Source of the DNA: Gammaproteobacteria bacterium
Lineage (GTDB): Bacteria > Pseudomonadota > Gammaproteobacteria > Nitrosococcales > Methylophagaceae
Assembly: GCA_028598975.1 (NCBI GenBank)
Contig: JAQRMU010000007.1
Location: 3,182-67,181 of the forward strand
Direction: 5' to 3'
Length of the DNA stretch: 64,000 bases
In this document: positions 11,559 to 22,100 of the stretch, piece after piece
Position numbering within the stretch: position 1 is the stretch's first letter
Layout of the letters: each line of letters starts with the position of its first letter
Program-made: the position numbers and the translations under genes
Notes under the pieces: generated by a model
Seen by the model: only the letters and a program-made list of their open reading frames with translations
Told to the model about the DNA's origin: nothing
Databases searched by the model: none

Positions 11559-12950
11559 TTAATTATCTTTTAACTTTCTTGTCAGAGTATTACGCCCCCA
11601 CCCTAATAACTTGGCAGCCTCTTGGCGTTTTCCGGCTGTTTTCTCTAATGCAACTTCCATTAATAACTGCTCAACCATTGGTACTACGTCAGATAAAGTA
11701 CCTTCTTGCCCTGTTAATGCCTTTTGGGAAGCCCACTGTTTGAATAGTGTTTGCCAGTTTCCCGCCCCTTTCAGCTCAATAGAAGCTTCTGTCATCAATT
11801 CACTTGGCAGGTCATCTACTTGTACAATCTTTGCCGGTGACATGACAGTTAACCATCTACATGTGTTTTCTAATTGTCTCACATTACCCGGCCAAGCTAA
11901 CTGACTAAGATAGCTTTCAACCTCTGGCGATAATGTTTTTCCCGGCACATCTAATTCTGTCGCAGCTTTATTCAAAAAGTAATTTGCTAATGCAGGTATA
12001 TCCTCTCGTCTCTCTCTTAGAGCGGGGATCTGTATCCGAATAACATTTAAGCGATGAAACAAGTCTTCCCTAAACTCACCACGTTCAACTCGCTCTTCTA
12101 AATTTTGGTGGGTGGCAGCAACAATACGAACATCTGCTCGTACCACACTATGTCCACCAACTCTGAAAAACTCACCATCAGATAGAACTCTTAGAAGTCG
12201 AGTTTGTAATTCAAGTGGCATATCGCCAATCTCATCAAGAAATAGTGTGCCACCATCGGCTTGTTCAAAACGACCTTTTCGCATGGCATGTGCGCCAGTA
12301 AACGCACCTTTTTCATGGCCAAAGAGTTCTGACTCCATCAGCTCTTTTGGAATTGCTGCCATGTTAAGGGCAATGAAAGGTGAGCTTCGACGTGGGCTAT
12401 GTTTGTGTAATGCATTCGCAACCAGTTCTTTACCTGTTCCTGATTCACCATTAATGAGAACCGTAATATTCGAGCGAGCTAGGCGGCCGATCGATCTAAA
12501 GACCTCTTGCATCGCTGGTGCTTCACCAATGATTTCCGTGCTTAATGTAGCAGGCTCTTCTTCATCCAAATGTTGATCTTGATAATGCTCAATCGCACGT
12601 TGAACAAGTTCTACTGCTTCATCAACATCAAAAGGCTTTGGTAAATATTCAAATGCTCCACCTTCATATACTGATACGGCACTATCTAAGTCTGAGTATG
12701 CCGTCATAATAATAACGGGTAAATCTGGCAAATTTTTCTTAATGTCCGTAAGTAATTCTAGGCCATCCATACCAGGCATGCGAATATCACTCACTAACAC
12801 ATCCGGTGTATTTGTTTTTAGTCCTTCAAGTACTTCCTGTGCACTTTCAAAGACACGTACATTAAGCTCGACGGCTTCTAATGATTTTTGTAATACCCAG
12901 CGTATTGAGCGATCATCATCAACAACCCATACGTTTGATTTTTTAGCCAA
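11559..12950 (-). CDS. ntrC: Nitrogen regulation response regulator NtrC (sigma-54 activator)
   Basis: Receiver domain (VWVVDDDRSIRWVL...DIRMPGMDG), AAA+ domain (GESGTGKE...GAFTGA), C-terminal HTH. Confidence 0.93.
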   Translation of the reverse strand: MAKKSNVWVVDDDRSIRWVLQKSLEAVELNVRVFESAQEVLEGLKTNTPDVLVSDIRMPGMDGLELLTDIKKNLPDLPVIIMTAYSDLDSAVSVYEGGAFEYLPKPFDVDEAVELVQRAIEHYQDQHLDEEEPATLSTEIIGEAPAMQEVFRSIGRLARSNITVLINGESGTGKELVANALHKHSPRRSSPFIALNMAAIPKELMESELFGHEKGAFTGAHAMRKGRFEQADGGTLFLDEIGDMPLELQTRLLRVLSDGEFFRVGGHSVVRADVRIVAATHQNLEERVERGEFREDLFHRLNVIRIQIPALRERREDIPALANYFLNKAATELDVPGKTLSPEVESYLSQLAWPGNVRQLENTCRWLTVMSPAKIVQVDDLPSELMTEASIELKGAGNWQTLFKQWASQKALTGQEGTLSDVVPMVEQLLMEVALEKTAGKRQEAAKLLGWGRNTLTRKLKDN

Positions 12951-13998
12951 GTGCTTGCTCCAAAGGGAAAATTACAGAAAAAATAGTACGTCCAGGTTGG
13001 CTTACACATGAAACCATGCCTTTATTACGTTGTATCAAATTTTGAACTAAATAGAGTCCTAAGCCGGTACCTTCAGCACGCCCCGTTACTAAGGGAAAAA
13101 ACATACTTTCTTGTAAATCTTTAGGAATACCTGGCCCATCATCTTCAATATCTATGCAGACACCTAAGCGATATCGTTTTTGATCGATACTAATATTTCG
13201 TACCGCACGCGTTCTTAATATGACTTGTCCTGCACCATGTAATGCCTGTACTGCATTTCTCACAATGTTCAGGAATATTTGTACTAACTGATCAAAATCA
13301 ACATGAAGCTCTGGAATACTCGGATCATAGTCTCCTTTAATCACCAAACGATTATCAACTTCAGCAAAAGCAAGTTGTCTCACCCGCTGTAATATCTCAT
13401 GAATATTAACAGAAGCATATTCTGGTTGATGATGTGAGCCCAGCATTCTCGTCATGAGGTTTTGCAAACGATCTGCTTCACTAATAATAATAGCTGTATA
13501 TTCTTTCAAATCCTCAGAGTCTAACTGGCGCTCTAATAATTGAGCAGCCCCCCTCAAGCCACCTAAAGGATTCTTGATTTCGTGTGCTAACCCTCGCAAA
13601 ACTTGTTGCTGTGTGTGCAAGCTTTCATCACGGCTAATACGTTGTTGAAAATCTAACTGTGCCAGTTCAAGCAAAATATAAGGTTGTTCAACATCTAGAT
13701 TGTCAACAAATTTAATTGAACAATCAACAACGATGTCACCTTTACTCGGTAGATATAATTTAACTTCTCGCTCAATGAGTTCTTGCCCTGTTTTTTGAAC
13801 TCGACTCAAGCCCTCTAGTAACTCACAATCATCATGTAGCAAAGCTTGAATAGGAATGGAGGATGCTTGACGTTGACTCATTCCAAATAGGACTTCGGCT
13901 GCAGAGTTTAAAATATTCACCCGCAACTCATCATCCATCACTACAATGGCAGTGGTCAGGCTATCAATAATATCTTGGCAAGGTAACAACGTTGTCAT
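12943..13998 (-). CDS. ntrB: Nitrogen regulation sensor histidine kinase NtrB
   Basis: PAS-like N-terminus, H-box LAHEIKNPLGG, HATPase (DDGPGIP...GTGLGL). 8-nt overlap with ntrC. Confidence 0.92.
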   Translation of the reverse strand: MTTLLPCQDIIDSLTTAIVVMDDELRVNILNSAAEVLFGMSQRQASSIPIQALLHDDCELLEGLSRVQKTGQELIEREVKLYLPSKGDIVVDCSIKFVDNLDVEQPYILLELAQLDFQQRISRDESLHTQQQVLRGLAHEIKNPLGGLRGAAQLLERQLDSEDLKEYTAIIISEADRLQNLMTRMLGSHHQPEYASVNIHEILQRVRQLAFAEVDNRLVIKGDYDPSIPELHVDFDQLVQIFLNIVRNAVQALHGAGQVILRTRAVRNISIDQKRYRLGVCIDIEDDGPGIPKDLQESMFFPLVTGRAEGTGLGLYLVQNLIQRNKGMVSCVSQPGRTIFSVIFPLEQALG

Positions 13999-14175
13999 AG
14001 AAGCGTTTTAAGCAAAAGAGAATTCATAATAATCCATAATGAGCAATTAACGATCCAACTCAATTAACAATAGAGCCACTTACTTCTACCTTATTGATTT
14101 AATTGAAACTATATGGCTTTTATATGGTGCTCAGGGTGAAGTATATAAGGGTAAGCTATAAAACACACCTTTTTC

Positions 14176-14192
14176 CGCACCATTATAGTGCA
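14176..14192 (-). promoter_or_regulatory. NtrC-type palindrome enclosing a TATAAT hexamer, upstream of ntrB
   Basis: Minus strand reads TGCAC-TATAAT-GGTGC-G, versus consensus TGCACC-N4-TGGTGCA (11 of 13 specified positions). Confidence 0.5.
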
Positions 14193-14212
14193 ATTTATTT
14201 ATCTATGGATTT

Positions 14213-14731
14213 TTACTGTGCGACAGAAGCACGATGAATATGAAATAAAATGGATTTACTTCGTGTTAATACTTTTCCAGCCTTATCTACAACAGAAACC
14301 ACAAGAATATGACTTCCTCTATCTAAACGTGGAAGGCTAATAGTTTCTGAAGTTTGAGCTTTACCTACATTTTTTCCATCTAACTTAAATAATAACTTGT
14401 CAGCCCTAATAGCATTTAATTTAGGCTCAATGCTAACTGTTGCCGACACTGTTTCTGGGTTTTGGATAGATTCATTATGTGTAGGGCTGGTTATACTTAC
14501 CTTATATAAAGGTGTTTTAACATCCGTTGAATTTTCAACATCGCTATCTTCGACTGCTAAAGGAACCGTCGGGGGCGGGTTATAACTTGGAGCAATATCA
14601 ATAATGACTTCTTCAGAGTTATCACTTGCAACATCAGTGAAAACAACATTGCCATTTTTATCGACACTACGATAAACCTGAGCATGTATTGCTGAAGTAA
14701 TAAGTAATAAGAATAACAGTCCGTATTTCAT
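14213..14731 (-). CDS. DUF4124-like secreted protein
   Basis: Signal peptide MKYGLLFLLLITSAIHA, then VYRSVDKNGNVVFTD, which is typical of DUF4124. Start trimmed to the Met preceding the signal peptide. Confidence 0.7.
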   Translation of the reverse strand: MKYGLLFLLLITSAIHAQVYRSVDKNGNVVFTDVASDNSEEVIIDIAPSYNPPPTVPLAVEDSDVENSTDVKTPLYKVSITSPTHNESIQNPETVSATVSIEPKLNAIRADKLLFKLDGKNVGKAQTSETISLPRLDRGSHILVVSVVDKAGKVLTRSKSILFHIHRASVAQ

Positions 14732-14783
14732 ACTTGCATCATAAGCCACTCATATAACATCTGCAACTCTAACTATTAGGCAT

Positions 14784-14818
14784 AAAAAAGCGCCCCCATA
14801 AAATTATGGGGGCGCTTT
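14784..14818 (-). terminator. Rho-independent terminator after glnA
   Basis: aaaaaaGCGCCCCCATA-aaat-TATGGGGGCGCttt. 11-bp stem with a T-run on the minus strand. Confidence 0.85.
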
Positions 14819-14842
14819 CAAGTCTTACTTTAGGCAGTTAAA

Positions 14843-16252
14843 CTAACAGCTATAGTATAAGTCAAACTCAGCAGGGTGAGTTTCCATACGTAAACGTGTT
14901 ACTTCTTCCATCTTCAGTTCAATGTATCCATCAATCTGATCATCAGTGAAAACACCACCATCAGTTAAGAATGCACGGTCTTTATCTAATGCATCTAACG
15001 CTTGATCTAATGAGTAACAAACTTGTGGAATTGCAGCTTCTTCTTCAGGCGGCAAATCATACAAATCTTTATCCATTGCATCACCAGGGTGAATCTTGTT
15101 TTTGATACCGTCAAGACCAGCCATTAATAATGCAGCAAATGCTAAGTATGGGTTTGCAGTTGAATCACCGAAACGAACTTCAACACGACGGCCTTTTGGA
15201 TTGTTAACAAAAGGAATACGAATTGATGCGCTACGGTTACGTGCAGAGTATGCCAACATAATTGGTGCTTCAAAACCAGGTACTAAACGCTTGTAGCTGT
15301 TTGTACTTGCATTTGTGAATGCGTTCAATGCTTGAGCATGCTTGATTACACCACCGATGTAATACAATGCAGTTTCAGATAAACCACCGTATTTGTTACC
15401 AGAGAATAAGTTTTCACCATCTTTAAATAAAGACATGTGAACGTGCATTCCGTTACCGTTGTCACCAACGATTGGTTTAGGCATAAATGTTGCTGTTTTA
15501 CCGTAAGCGTGTGCTACGTTATGAACAACATATTTAAGACCTTGAACTTCGTCTGCTTTTTTAACTAATGTATTGAACTTCGTACCAATTTCACATTGGC
15601 CCGCTGTTGCAACTTCATGGTGATGAACTTCAGTTGTTTGACCGATTTCTTCAAGTGTTAAACACATTGCAGAACGCATGTCTTGCAATGAATCAACTGG
15701 AGGTACTGGGAAGTAACCACCTTTAACACTTGGGCGATGACCTTTGTTACCATCAGGGAATACTTTATCTGTATTCCAAGATGCTTCATCAGAATCAATT
15801 TTGAATGATGAACCAGAGATATCACTAGACCAACGAACATCATCAAAGATGAAAAATTCGTTTTCAGGACCAAAATAAGCTGCATCAGCCATGCCTGTTG
15901 CTTGCATATGCGCTTCAGCACGATGAGCAACACTACGAGGATCACGTTCGTAACCTTGCATTGTTGAAGGTTCAATGATGTCACAAGTAAGAATTAGCGT
16001 TACGTCATCCATGAATGGGTCTAAAATAGCTGTTTCAGGATCTGGCATCAAAATCATATCTGATTCGTTAATACCTTTCCAACCAGCAACAGATGAACCA
16101 TCAAACATATTACCTTCAGTAAATGTATCTTCATCAATAGTGTGTGCTGGGAAAGTAACGTGTTGTTCTTTACCGCGTGTGTCTGTAAAACGGAAATCTA
16201 CAAATAAGACTTCCTCATCTTTAATCATTTGAAGCACATTTTCGACTGACAT
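14843..16252 (-). CDS. glnA: Glutamine synthetase type I
   Basis: 469 aa, full-length GSI-like, with the adenylylation-loop context NLYDLPPEE. Confidence 0.97.
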   Translation of the reverse strand: MSVENVLQMIKDEEVLFVDFRFTDTRGKEQHVTFPAHTIDEDTFTEGNMFDGSSVAGWKGINESDMILMPDPETAILDPFMDDVTLILTCDIIEPSTMQGYERDPRSVAHRAEAHMQATGMADAAYFGPENEFFIFDDVRWSSDISGSSFKIDSDEASWNTDKVFPDGNKGHRPSVKGGYFPVPPVDSLQDMRSAMCLTLEEIGQTTEVHHHEVATAGQCEIGTKFNTLVKKADEVQGLKYVVHNVAHAYGKTATFMPKPIVGDNGNGMHVHMSLFKDGENLFSGNKYGGLSETALYYIGGVIKHAQALNAFTNASTNSYKRLVPGFEAPIMLAYSARNRSASIRIPFVNNPKGRRVEVRFGDSTANPYLAFAALLMAGLDGIKNKIHPGDAMDKDLYDLPPEEEAAIPQVCYSLDQALDALDKDRAFLTDGGVFTDDQIDGYIELKMEEVTRLRMETHPAEFDLYYSC

Positions 16253-16319
16253 TAATCTTTCTCCAATTTAATTTTTTTTGTACTTTAATTTAGTGGTGCA
16301 AAATACGCATCGTAAGTAG

Positions 16320-16335
16320 AGCACAAACTGAGCCA
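16320..16335 (-). promoter_or_regulatory. Sigma-54 promoter (glnAp2-like)
   Basis: Minus strand reads TGGCTC-AGTTT-GTGCT, with GG-N10-GC spacing as in TGGCAC-N5-TTGC. About 70 nt upstream of the glnA ATG, which has a GGAGAAAG SD. Confidence 0.6.
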
Positions 16336-16386
16336 ACTTTAAACTAACTATTAATCAGATAGTTATCTATCATTGACAAAAACAAT

Positions 16387-16403
16387 AGCACCAAAATAGT
16401 GCA
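16387..16403 (-). promoter_or_regulatory. NtrC enhancer site upstream of glnA
   Basis: AGCACCAAAATAGTGCA, matching 11 of 13 specified positions of TGCACC-N4-TGGTGCA. Confidence 0.6.
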
Positions 16404-16415
16404 GCACGTCCTTTT

Positions 16416-16432
16416 CGCACCAAAACAGCGCT
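16416..16432 (-). promoter_or_regulatory. Second, weaker NtrC-like site
   Basis: CGCACCAAAACAGCGCT. The left half-site is good and the right half is poor. It overlaps the stop of the TusA-like gene. Confidence 0.35.
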
Positions 16433-16658
16433 AACCACCAACACGTACTGTGATGGTTAATTCATCTTCATTTTCTTCATGACCAAGAACAGTATGACCA
16501 TTGATTCTTGCCCAAGCAGGAATATCACTTAATGCACCAGGATCTGTGCAAACAACGGCTAATATATCACCATCAGATAATTCTTTTACCTTATTTTGTG
16601 TTTTGATAACTGGCATTGGACATAACATTCGTCTCGCATCGAGTTCAAAATGACTCAT
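16431..16658 (-). CDS. TusA/SirA-family sulfur carrier protein
   Basis: [20 protein letters not shown] (CPxP active-site motif), 75 aa. I use the ATG that overlaps the upstream stop as ATGA. Confidence 0.85.
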   Translation of the reverse strand: MSHFELDARRMLCPMPVIKTQNKVKELSDGDILAVVCTDPGALSDIPAWARINGHTVLGHEENEDELTITVRVGG

Positions 16659-17707
16659 ACATGCCACTCCTCAAGCACTTGCTCAATTGCTAGAGGCTTG
16701 ATATTGATTGTTTGAACTTCTTCACCAGGTACTGAAACTTCTACTTTCACTTCTTCAGCATCGCGACCTTGACCATAGCGTGCGACAATGCCAGCGGCTA
16801 ATTCATAATCTTCTGCTTGAATCTTGCCATCTATCATGCTCAATGGTCCGTTATGACTTACAACTTGAATCGTAACAAATTGCTTGCGATAGCCTTCTAA
16901 ATATTTACTTTCTCCAGCATCACGCGCAATAATCATTTTGAACTCAGGTTTAGGTCGAAGGTGGCGACCGACTTTAAGTAGCATGATATCGTCCATTTCA
17001 TATTCACGACTACCACGCCCTTCCCATAAATCAACTAATTTATCTGAGTAGTTTTTATCGGTTAAGAAACAACAACCGCCTGCTGGAGAAGCATAATCTG
17101 TGAAACCAAACTGTTTCGCTAATGCCATTTGAGGCTTGCGGTTACGGCCGTGGAAGTCATATAACTTCTCACGATCAACCCAACCTTCTAACTCAGGTTT
17201 TGTTTCTGGTAAGTTCTTCGCACATAAAGGTCGAAGTAAAATATCATCCGCACCAGACTCACCAGCCACAATAGGCATTGTTTCTTTACGCTGAGACATG
17301 GGACGTTGGCCGATCACTTCTCCTGTAATAATAAAGTCAAAGCCATCTTTATGATGTTCTTTAACCCATTCAACCGCTTTACTTACCATGAAGATTTTAC
17401 AATCTAAACATGGGTTCATATTAGCGCCATAGCCATGCTTAGGATTTAATAGAACATCTTTATATTCTTCGATAACATCAACAATATGAAGCTTAATCCC
17501 TAATTGTTCTGCTGCCCATAAGGCATTGTTTCGCTTTTGTTTATCTTTATCACTATTGCGGATGGCATGGGTATGCCCTTCAACGCAAAAACCTGTGTAG
17601 AAGTTAATGCCTTCAACCTCTATACCTTGCTCTTGCAATACTCGCACTGCTAAAAGTGAATCTAAGCCACCTGATATTAAGGCAATAGCCTTATGTTTCT
17701 TCGTCAC
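16655..17707 (-). CDS. PP-loop ATPase, MnmA/ThiI-like thiolation enzyme paralogue
   Basis: N-terminal [11 protein letters not shown] (PP-loop). NPCLDCK and GGCCFLTD cysteine motifs are placed like the MnmA NPDxxC and GICF motifs. 350 aa. Confidence 0.7.
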   Translation of the reverse strand: MTKKHKAIALISGGLDSLLAVRVLQEQGIEVEGINFYTGFCVEGHTHAIRNSDKDKQKRNNALWAAEQLGIKLHIVDVIEEYKDVLLNPKHGYGANMNPCLDCKIFMVSKAVEWVKEHHKDGFDFIITGEVIGQRPMSQRKETMPIVAGESGADDILLRPLCAKNLPETKPELEGWVDREKLYDFHGRNRKPQMALAKQFGFTDYASPAGGCCFLTDKNYSDKLVDLWEGRGSREYEMDDIMLLKVGRHLRPKPEFKMIIARDAGESKYLEGYRKQFVTIQVVSHNGPLSMIDGKIQAEDYELAAGIVARYGQGRDAEEVKVEVSVPGEEVQTINIKPLAIEQVLEEWHV

Positions 17708-19146
17708 GCTGTTCCACCTACTGTTAAACCATCTATTTTTAGTGTCGGTTGACCAACACCTACAGGGACACTTTGCCCTTCTTTACCGCAGTTACCTACA
17801 CCAGTATCAAGCTCTAAATCATTTGCAACCATACTAATTCTGCTCATCACTTCTGGGCCATTGCCAATTAATGTCGCCCCTTTTACAGGTTGGGTAATTT
17901 TACCATTTTCAATCAAATAGACTTCACTGGTCGAAAAAACAAATTTACCCGACGTGATATCCACTTGTCCACCACCAAAGTTAGCAGCATAAAGACCATT
18001 TTTGACTGATGAGATCACCTCTTCAGGCTCATGTTCGCCCGGTAACATATAGGTATTTGTCATTCTTGGCATAGGCAAATGAGCATAAGATTCTCGGCGT
18101 CCATTACCCGTACTTTTTGAACCCATTAATCTCGCATTATGCTTGTCTTGCATATAGCCTGTTAACTTCCCTTTTTCAATTAAGGTTGTATTTTCAGTGG
18201 GGACGCCTTCATCATCTACCGTTAATGAGCCGCGACGATCTTGTAATGTGCCATCATCAACAACAGTACAAAGTGGTGAGGCGACCATTTCTCCCATGCG
18301 ACCAGAAAAAGCTGAACTTCCACGACGATTAAAGTCACCTTCAAGGCCATGACCTACCGCTTCATGTAATAAAACACCTGGCCAACCTGACGCTAACACG
18401 ACAGTCATTGTTCCCGCCGGTGCATCAACAGCTTCTAAATTAACTAACGCTTGTCTTACCGCTTCTTTTGCATAGGTTTCAGCCATGTCATTATCTTGGA
18501 AGTAGCGGTAATCTAGTCGTCGCCCACCACCAGCACTACCACGCTCACGTCGACCTTTCGACTCGACAATAACAGACACATTCATTCGGACTAATGGGCG
18601 AACATCTGCTGCAAAGGTACCATCACTCGCAGCAACAAGAACCGTATCAGACCCGCCCGCTAAACTAACACTGACTTGTGTCACACGAGGATCGGCAGCC
18701 CTAGCGATAGCATCTGCTTGTTGTAATAACGCTAACTTTTCATCTACCGATAGAACTGAAAGAGGATCACTTTCTGCATAATACTGTGGTGCAATCGTAC
18801 GCTTCCACGCCTGCACACTTCCATCAGCACCGTGTCGTGAAATGGCACGTGCCGCTTTTGCAGCATCTTGTAAGGCCGGCAATATCAAGTCATCAGAGTA
18901 CGCAAAACCTGTTTTTTCACCGCTACAAGCACGAACACCCACACCTTGCTCGATATGGTATCCACCATCTTTAATAATGCCATCTTCAAGTAGCCAGTTT
19001 TCTTGGCGAGATTGCTGAAAATAAAGATCGGCATAATCCACACCTTTTCCCATCGTTAAAGCAAGCGTTTGCTCTAAATCAAGTTCAGAAAGACCTGCTG
19101 GACGAAGTAATTGTTGGTCGGCTTGTGTAAATAAAGAATCGGTCAT
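17704..19146 (-). CDS. tldD: Metalloprotease TldD
   Basis: 480 aa with the [11 protein letters not shown] zinc motif. Confidence 0.93.
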   Translation of the reverse strand: MTDSLFTQADQQLLRPAGLSELDLEQTLALTMGKGVDYADLYFQQSRQENWLLEDGIIKDGGYHIEQGVGVRACSGEKTGFAYSDDLILPALQDAAKAARAISRHGADGSVQAWKRTIAPQYYAESDPLSVLSVDEKLALLQQADAIARAADPRVTQVSVSLAGGSDTVLVAASDGTFAADVRPLVRMNVSVIVESKGRRERGSAGGGRRLDYRYFQDNDMAETYAKEAVRQALVNLEAVDAPAGTMTVVLASGWPGVLLHEAVGHGLEGDFNRRGSSAFSGRMGEMVASPLCTVVDDGTLQDRRGSLTVDDEGVPTENTTLIEKGKLTGYMQDKHNARLMGSKSTGNGRRESYAHLPMPRMTNTYMLPGEHEPEEVISSVKNGLYAANFGGGQVDITSGKFVFSTSEVYLIENGKITQPVKGATLIGNGPEVMSRISMVANDLELDTGVGNCGKEGQSVPVGVGQPTLKIDGLTVGGTA

Positions 19147-19186
19147 GAATAAACTATTTTGTTATAAGGGATGCGATCATATCAGA

Positions 19187-22100
19187 TCATGGTGTTACAG
19201 GTTTAATCACACTCATCTGAGGCTCATCCCATGGCCCCGTTAAATGATATTTATAGCTAATTAAATTAACAATATTTTTACCAAAAAGCTTACCTGTCAA
19301 TTTATCAACAACCAGCAATGCAGCACCAACGCCTAGCCCCACTGGACCACCAGCTACGGCACCAGCAAGTGGTAATGTTGATGAAACATTAGGAGTAATT
19401 GTCACTTGTTGATCATACTGTTTCTTAGCTAAATCAGTTGAGCCTGACATCTCAATCTTTGCAGAAGCACCATTCAACGTTAAGTTCTCCGTTAATGCGA
19501 TCCCGTTAGCAAGCTCGAAATCACCTTTGATCGAATCGAATGTAAAGCCCGTTGAAAATAAATCACTAAAATCTAATGCTAAACGTCGAGGCAGAGCAGC
19601 AATACTCATAAGCCCAAAAACACGCCCCGCAGCACCGGGCTCAACATCATTTAACTTTCCTTTACCTATATCAATATTTAAGTGGCCTGTTACATTTTCT
19701 TTTGCTAGTGCAAGCGGGGTACCTGGCCATGACACATCAAATATCAGTTGCGCATGTTCAGATTCAATGGCCTGCTGATAGCCCAAACCATCAAGTAATG
19801 CTGTTAAGTTATTGCTTGTCACTTTTACAGCTAGCTTAGATTGGTCTTGAGACGATGACTGTTGCCATTGTGAACTATCCTTCACTACTTCGGCAGTCAG
19901 TAGCTTAGATTTTAATAGAGCAGAACCTATTTTCCACGTTTGATTTTGTTGATCGGCATGAAACTCTAACTGACCCAAGTTCATATTATCAAAAGTCACC
20001 GTCCCTATATTAATATCCATTGCAGGCCATAAGGTCGTTTTTGATGATGAGCTAGGCTTAGGCTTTTTCTCTAACTGCTCTTTCGGCGACGAAACTAAAG
20101 TGAGTTTATTTAAGGAAACCTCAAGCGGTGCAGGCCCCGTGAAATTAGCCGGCCAATAAATGCTACCTTCACCTGTTTCCTTACTTTTCAACTTAATGCG
20201 CCAGCCCTGCCCATCCTTATTAATTGAATAATTAAGTGCTGTTAATTTTTGATTAAAACCCGTTAATGTATCAATGGTCATTGACACATCATCAATACTC
20301 GATAAAAAGGCATTACCTTCTGTTTGAATTTGTTTTTCTGACCAGTCTAACCAATCATTAATAGAGAGTTCATTAAGTTTTCCTCCTACCTTAATTCCAT
20401 TTGTGGGCAATATATCATGCTCCTCACCAAATTTAATTGCAGCTCGCCAGCCTTCACTGTGTTTAACGGCCGTTACATTAAACTCATCGCCATATTTGAA
20501 GAGATATACAAATTGATGATCAACATTCTCCATAGAGATATTTAATTCTTTTTTATCTCCTTTAGCCTTAATAAAAGGTTTGGGAATATCGATGTCCACG
20601 CCTTTCAAGTCACTGTGAAGTGAATAGTCTAGATAAAAGTCACCGACTTCTTTTTCTAAAATCGTAATATCTAATTTATAGTCTGTTTTACCTTGAATAA
20701 AGTGGGGGATATCATTGGGCCACAGTGATGTTAATTTATCAGTTGATATCTGGCCTACCATAGATATCCCTGTTTTACTCCCTTTTGGCTTAACTGTGAT
20801 TTCAACAGCTTCATCAAATAAGTTTGCTTCTATATTCTTTGCATACACGCCATCATTATCAAAACGTAATAATCCATTAATATCTTGCAAGCCTACAACC
20901 TCTATTTCTTTGTGATGTAACTGACTTTTTACAAAGCTCACATGGCCTGCAACGTTAGTTTCGTTTGTATTAGCTAATGGCACTATTAACTCTAAATCAA
21001 TATCACTTTTCCCTGTCATCGTTATTGGCTTTAAGGCACTGCCAAAACGTTCATTTAATGGACTGTTTTGCAAAAATGATGCGGCCAGTTTACTACTGCC
21101 TTTTAGCTTACCCTCAACCGTTAGTATTGGTTTCTTTTCATTCAGTTTGTTAATAACAGTTGTCACATCAGCAAAATCAAAACCAGCCACTTTTCCTTGC
21201 TGACTTTTAATAGTCAAGTCATGCCCATGACCTTCTATTGTCCCCGTCACACCAAATAAATCAGGCCATTCTTCTGCATAATGCAATTGGATATTATCAA
21301 CATTTAATGCCATTTTAAAAAGGCCGTCATCCAAGCCGTTGTTATAGGGAAATGCTGATAGTTTTCCAATCCATTCAATGTCACCATCGACAATTTTTCC
21401 AGCTTTAAATGCTTTACTAGACCATTGTTTAAATGATGCGCTTAATATATTTTGTGGCACATACTGCTGCCAGTGTTCAACAACAATGTCTTTCAATTCT
21501 AATTTGATATTATTAACAATCTCACCATCAGCTAGCTGCTCAACCTGACCGTCTAACTGTAATGTTAAATCATCATTCCAAACCTCAAATTTATCACTTT
21601 TCACTAGCCATGTTTTTTCTGACTTTTGTAATTCAATATTCCCTGAAATAGAGTCAAAAAAGACCGCATCGTCTAACCATTTTTTTGCATACAGTGTGAA
21701 GTCATGACTTTGAAACTCAAGCTTTGCCAGCCCTTCATTCCAACTCGCCAACATTGTTAGCCCTGTAAACCCGGGGTAGTCATTCCATGAATCAACAGCA
21801 CCATCACTAACCTTAAAGGCTAACGCACTCACCCCATTCTCTACAGAGTAACGTAGGTTGAACCGTTCAATATCACCTGCAGGGCGTTGTTGGCGTAATA
21901 TTTCTGGTGACTGTTTTGACAAGGATGCCAATGATGTTATATCACTTAAGCGAATATAATTACCCGCAATCAACCATGTTCCATCATCATTTTTATTAAT
22001 CGTGAAACCAGTCTCTGGCCATTCATCTTCATTCATATAAAGCTGTATATTTCGACCCGATAACTGCCATGAATTACGCTTATTCTGCCAATCAAATGTT

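Noticed and set aside
12112-12576. 154-aa ORF antisense to ntrC. Similar antisense ORFs occur at 29506-29979 (holA), 37692-38051 (ilvA) and 26970-27362 (DUF218).
   Set aside because: Each lies fully inside a well-supported gene on the other strand. They have no independent start signals and unremarkable composition.
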